The position numbers and the translations under genes were made by a program. A DNA stretch of 64,000 bases from Obrimoposthia wandeli (taxonomy: Eukaryota), in NCBI GenBank assembly GCA_977020255.1, contig CDROCS010003917.1, forward strand, positions 62,001 to 126,000, in the 5' to 3' direction. Under the pieces are notes generated by a model, which searched no databases, was not told the origin of the DNA, and saw only the letters and a list, made by a program, of their open reading frames with translations. Of the stretch, positions 61,057 through 64,000 are shown piece after piece (the stretch's first letter is position 1; each line of letters begins with the position of its first letter).

Positions 61057-61785
61057 TTATGCAACGCTATATCCACCATCAATCATTTGTAAGCTACCTG
61101 TAGTGAAACTGGCTTTATCGCTAGCCAAAAATAGTACGTACTCTGCAACTTCTTCAGGCTGCCCTAAACGACCCAGTGGCTGAAGTGCTGCTTCTTGAGC
61201 GTGAACTTCACTTTTATCCGCACCTGTATTTGTACAGTATTTATCTATAGCACTATGATAGAGCGCAGTTTCAATAGTACCTGGGCAAACTGCGTTTACT
61301 CTAATATTGTATGAGGCATAATCCAGAGCTGTGGTTTTACAGATTGAAGCTAATGCATGTTTGGATAAGTTATAGGCAAAAGAATTTCTTTTAGCAATAA
61401 CTGACTGATCTGAACCAATAATAACGATGTTTCCTTTGTTCTGAGCTTTCATTGGCATAAGGCTCGCTTGAATTGCAGCGTAAGCCCCCTTTACATTGAT
61501 AGCGAAAAGGTGATCAAAGTCATCTTCAAGCGTGTTCTCGATGCTTGCAGAAAGATGAATCCCTGCATTGCAAACTAACACATCTAAGCGCCGTTCAGTT
61601 TCAATAATCTGATTTATTGCAGATTGTACTTGTGAAAAATTACTCATATCACAGTGATAGTGTTCACCGTATTCTGAAAATGACAAATCTAAGTTATATA
61701 CTTTATATTGAGCTTGGATGAAAAGTTTGACAATGGCTAAGCCAATTCCTTTCGATCCACCCGTTACTATCGCTACTTGTTTCAT
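61057..61785 (-). CDS. SDR oxidoreductase
   Basis: TGGSKGIG, CNAG, YNLSK, VNAVCPG, GRLGQPEEVA. Confidence 0.92.
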   Translation of the reverse strand: MKQVAIVTGGSKGIGLAIVKLFIQAQYKVYNLDLSFSEYGEHYHCDMSNFSQVQSAINQIIETERRLDVLVCNAGIHLSASIENTLEDDFDHLFAINVKGAYAAIQASLMPMKAQNKGNIVIIGSDQSVIAKRNSFAYNLSKHALASICKTTALDYASYNIRVNAVCPGTIETALYHSAIDKYCTNTGADKSEVHAQEAALQPLGRLGQPEEVAEYVLFLASDKASFTTGSLQMIDGGYSVA

Positions 61786-61941
61786 AAACCAACACTGTCG
61801 TTTCTCGAGAAAAGCTATTATATGCACAAGCAATAGGCTTGAATACAATATAACTAATATCTAGCTAATCATTTTATAGATCAAAGTAGAATTTTCTTGC
61901 TTTTTAGCCCTGTTATTTGAGTAATTCTTCATTCTATAAAT

Positions 61942-62206
61942 GAGGAGGTATGGATGCTTCTTGTAAAAACCAGTAGAAGAACGTAAAATGATCAGCGGGC
62001 GGCAAAAAGCGGTTGCAAAGGTTAAAGAAGCCGCCAGTAGAGAAATTTGTCGTACTTTCTGAAGCTTGTTATCTTGCTTAATAGTGATAATGAGCTTATT
62101 GCAGATTTATTAGTCGCTTTAACTCAAAATCAACGAAACTGGGGTTTTGGTTTGTGTTTTTTATATTTAAGAAATGTGAAGGGCTATCACTGGAACCACA
62201 AGCGTG
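61942..62206 (+). mobile_element. IS3-family (IS407-like) remnant
   Basis: OrfA trace GGMDAS; OrfB NELIADLLVALT..RNWGFGLCFLYLRNVKGYHWNHKR; breaks off before the DDE domain. Confidence 0.85.
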
Positions 62207-64000
62207 GTTGGCAATTAAAAAATCTAATTGCTCTCTCGTTTCAATACCTTCTGCTACTACGGATATGCTTAATGCTTTTGCCATAGAAAAAATAGCTATT
62301 ACAATAGCAACGTCATCTGAATCGTTTGGTATTTTTCGGATGAAAGAACGATCAATTTTTAGTACATCTATTGGCAGCTGCTTGAGGTAACTCAAAGAGG
62401 AATAGCCAGTGCCAAAATCATCCATAGCAATAGTGATACCCAAAGACTTTAAGCGCTTTAATGTGTAAATAGAGCTACTTATATCCTCTATAACTGCACT
62501 TTCGGTTATTTCCAGCTCTAATTGGCCTGGCTGAATTTGATGCTTGTTGACAGAATCTTCTAAAAAGCTAAACAATTTTTCGTCTTTAAATTGTTTAGGA
62601 GACAAGTTAATTGCGATACTAATGTTATTAATATCAATGGAACGCCATTGTTTTATCTGCTTGCACGCTTGCTCAATAACCCAGTAGCCAATATCGAAAA
62701 TTAAATTGTTTAACTCTGCTATGGGGATAAACAAATCGGGCGGATACAGAATTTTGCCGTCTCGATGCCAACGGATTAAAGCTTCTACGGAGCGAGTAGC
62801 GAATTGCTCTTTACAAAGAGACACTTTAGGTTGCAAGTACAGCGAAAATTCATCAGTCTTTAAAGCTCGCTGTAAGTCATTAATAATTTGTAAATTTTGA
62901 TTTTTTTTATTTTCAGTGTCATGAGAAAAAAAACACACTTGACCGCGCCCTTGTTGCTTTGCTTGAAACATCGCTGAATCTGCATGCTTTATTAGCTCTT
63001 CCGAATTATTCGCATCTTTAGGGTAGGTAGCGATACCTATGCTTGCGCCAGGGCGCAATAAATGGGTGTCAATTGTTAATTCTTTAGCAGCTTGTTCAGC
63101 TAATCTATTTGCAAAATCGCTTAAATAATTATCACTTTCGAAGTGCTTAGCGATAATTGTAAACTCGTCTCCACCAATACGGTATAGGGTTTCATTTTCA
63201 CTTAGAAGTAAATTGAAACGATTACTCAATTCAATAAGTAATTTGTCACCTAACTGATGGCCGAAACTGTCATTTGTCCATTTAAAATTATCTAAATCTA
63301 TGAAAAAAAGTGCTAAATTCGAATTGTTTTGATTTGAATTTTTAATTTCCAACTCAAGGTTCTGCATAAATGAGTAGCGATTGGGGATTGTCGTTAACGT
63401 ATCAAAATAGGCGAGTTTATGTAAGTTTTGTTGTGTCTTTAATTTTTCCTCTATATTATTTAAAACGGCTACATAGTGAATAGAGTTGTCTTTACTTACT
63501 ACTTTATGGACATTTAACCAGCCCGGAAATTCACCACCGCCTTTTCGTTGGCAAACAACCTCTCCCGACCAATTATTTTCCGAATCAGCGTCTAAATAAA
63601 CTAACTCTATAATCGATAGTTGAGGGTGTTCCTTTGAATATAGTGTAGGGCGATGATTATGCACATTTTCAGATGAAAAGAGCGTCATCTTTCGATAGCT
63701 GGGGTTAACATCAATTAATAATCCCACATCGTTAATCACAAACACAGCTTCATCTAAAGCATTTAAAGCCTGGTGAGCTAATTGTAAGGATTGCAGAGGT
63801 AAAACTAATGCTCGTTTCAATATTAGATAAAGCGAAAGAACAAACAGTAAACCTACAATTGCTACCTGGGTGATGTCTATCACAAGGCTATCACGCAAAT
63901 TGGACGCAAATCCGGCGTCATCGTAAATTATCTCGATATTACCGATGGTCATGCTCCCTTCTTGAACAGGATAGCGTAAGCGTTTATCGTTAGATATCCA
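62096..64000 (-). CDS. Membrane-linked PAS-GGDEF-EAL c-di-GMP enzyme (5' part outside window; last ~36 aa from the IS antisense strand)
   Basis: PAS, FIDLDNFK, RIGGDEF, VEALIRW, DDFGTGYSSL, VAEGIET; frame open to base 64000. Confidence 0.92.
   Translation of the reverse strand, partial: WISNDKRLRYPVQEGSMTIGNIEIIYDDAGFASNLRDSLVIDITQVAIVGLLFVLSLYLILKRALVLPLQSLQLAHQALNALDEAVFVINDVGLLIDVNPSYRKMTLFSSENVHNHRPTLYSKEHPQLSIIELVYLDADSENNWSGEVVCQRKGGGEFPGWLNVHKVVSKDNSIHYVAVLNNIEEKLKTQQNLHKLAYFDTLTTIPNRYSFMQNLELEIKNSNQNNSNLALFFIDLDNFKWTNDSFGHQLGDKLLIELSNRFNLLLSENETLYRIGGDEFTIIAKHFESDNYLSDFANRLAEQAAKELTIDTHLLRPGASIGIATYPKDANNSEELIKHADSAMFQAKQQGRGQVCFFSHDTENKKNQNLQIINDLQRALKTDEFSLYLQPKVSLCKEQFATRSVEALIRWHRDGKILYPPDLFIPIAELNNLIFDIGYWVIEQACKQIKQWRSIDINNISIAINLSPKQFKDEKLFSFLEDSVNKHQIQPGQLELEITESAVIEDISSSIYTLKRLKSLGITIAMDDFGTGYSSLSYLKQLPIDVLKIDRSFIRKIPNDSDDVAIVIAIFSMAKALSISVVAEGIETREQLDFLIANHACGSSDSPSHFLNIKNTNQNPSFVDFELKRLINLQ

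Overview
AT-rich marine gammaproteobacterial chromosome segment. The 16S resembles Oceanospirillaceae by eye only. Most genes serve organic-nitrogen and amine metabolism: a cyclodeaminase-thrC-thrB-eutB-like operon, a ureohydrolase, two AstA-family succinyltransferases in non-canonical contexts, an alaX-MFS-racemase operon, a NorR/sigma54-controlled flavohaemoglobin, a DctBD/sigma54-controlled TRAP system with two binding proteins, and a carnitine catabolic cluster. A complete rRNA operon (52665-57919) has no spacer tRNA, a probable internal promoter before 5S, a tandem array of 3'-half 5S copies with terminators, and a 16S segment that fails to pair with its own helix partners (probable chimera). 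The region shows much decay: IS4 and IS3 remnants, racemase, LivF-like and KdgK-like fragments, a scrambled XRE regulator, and an EAL domain cut at its C-terminus. No CRISPR array, tRNA gene or intact mobile element was seen. All family calls come from motif recognition, not database searches.
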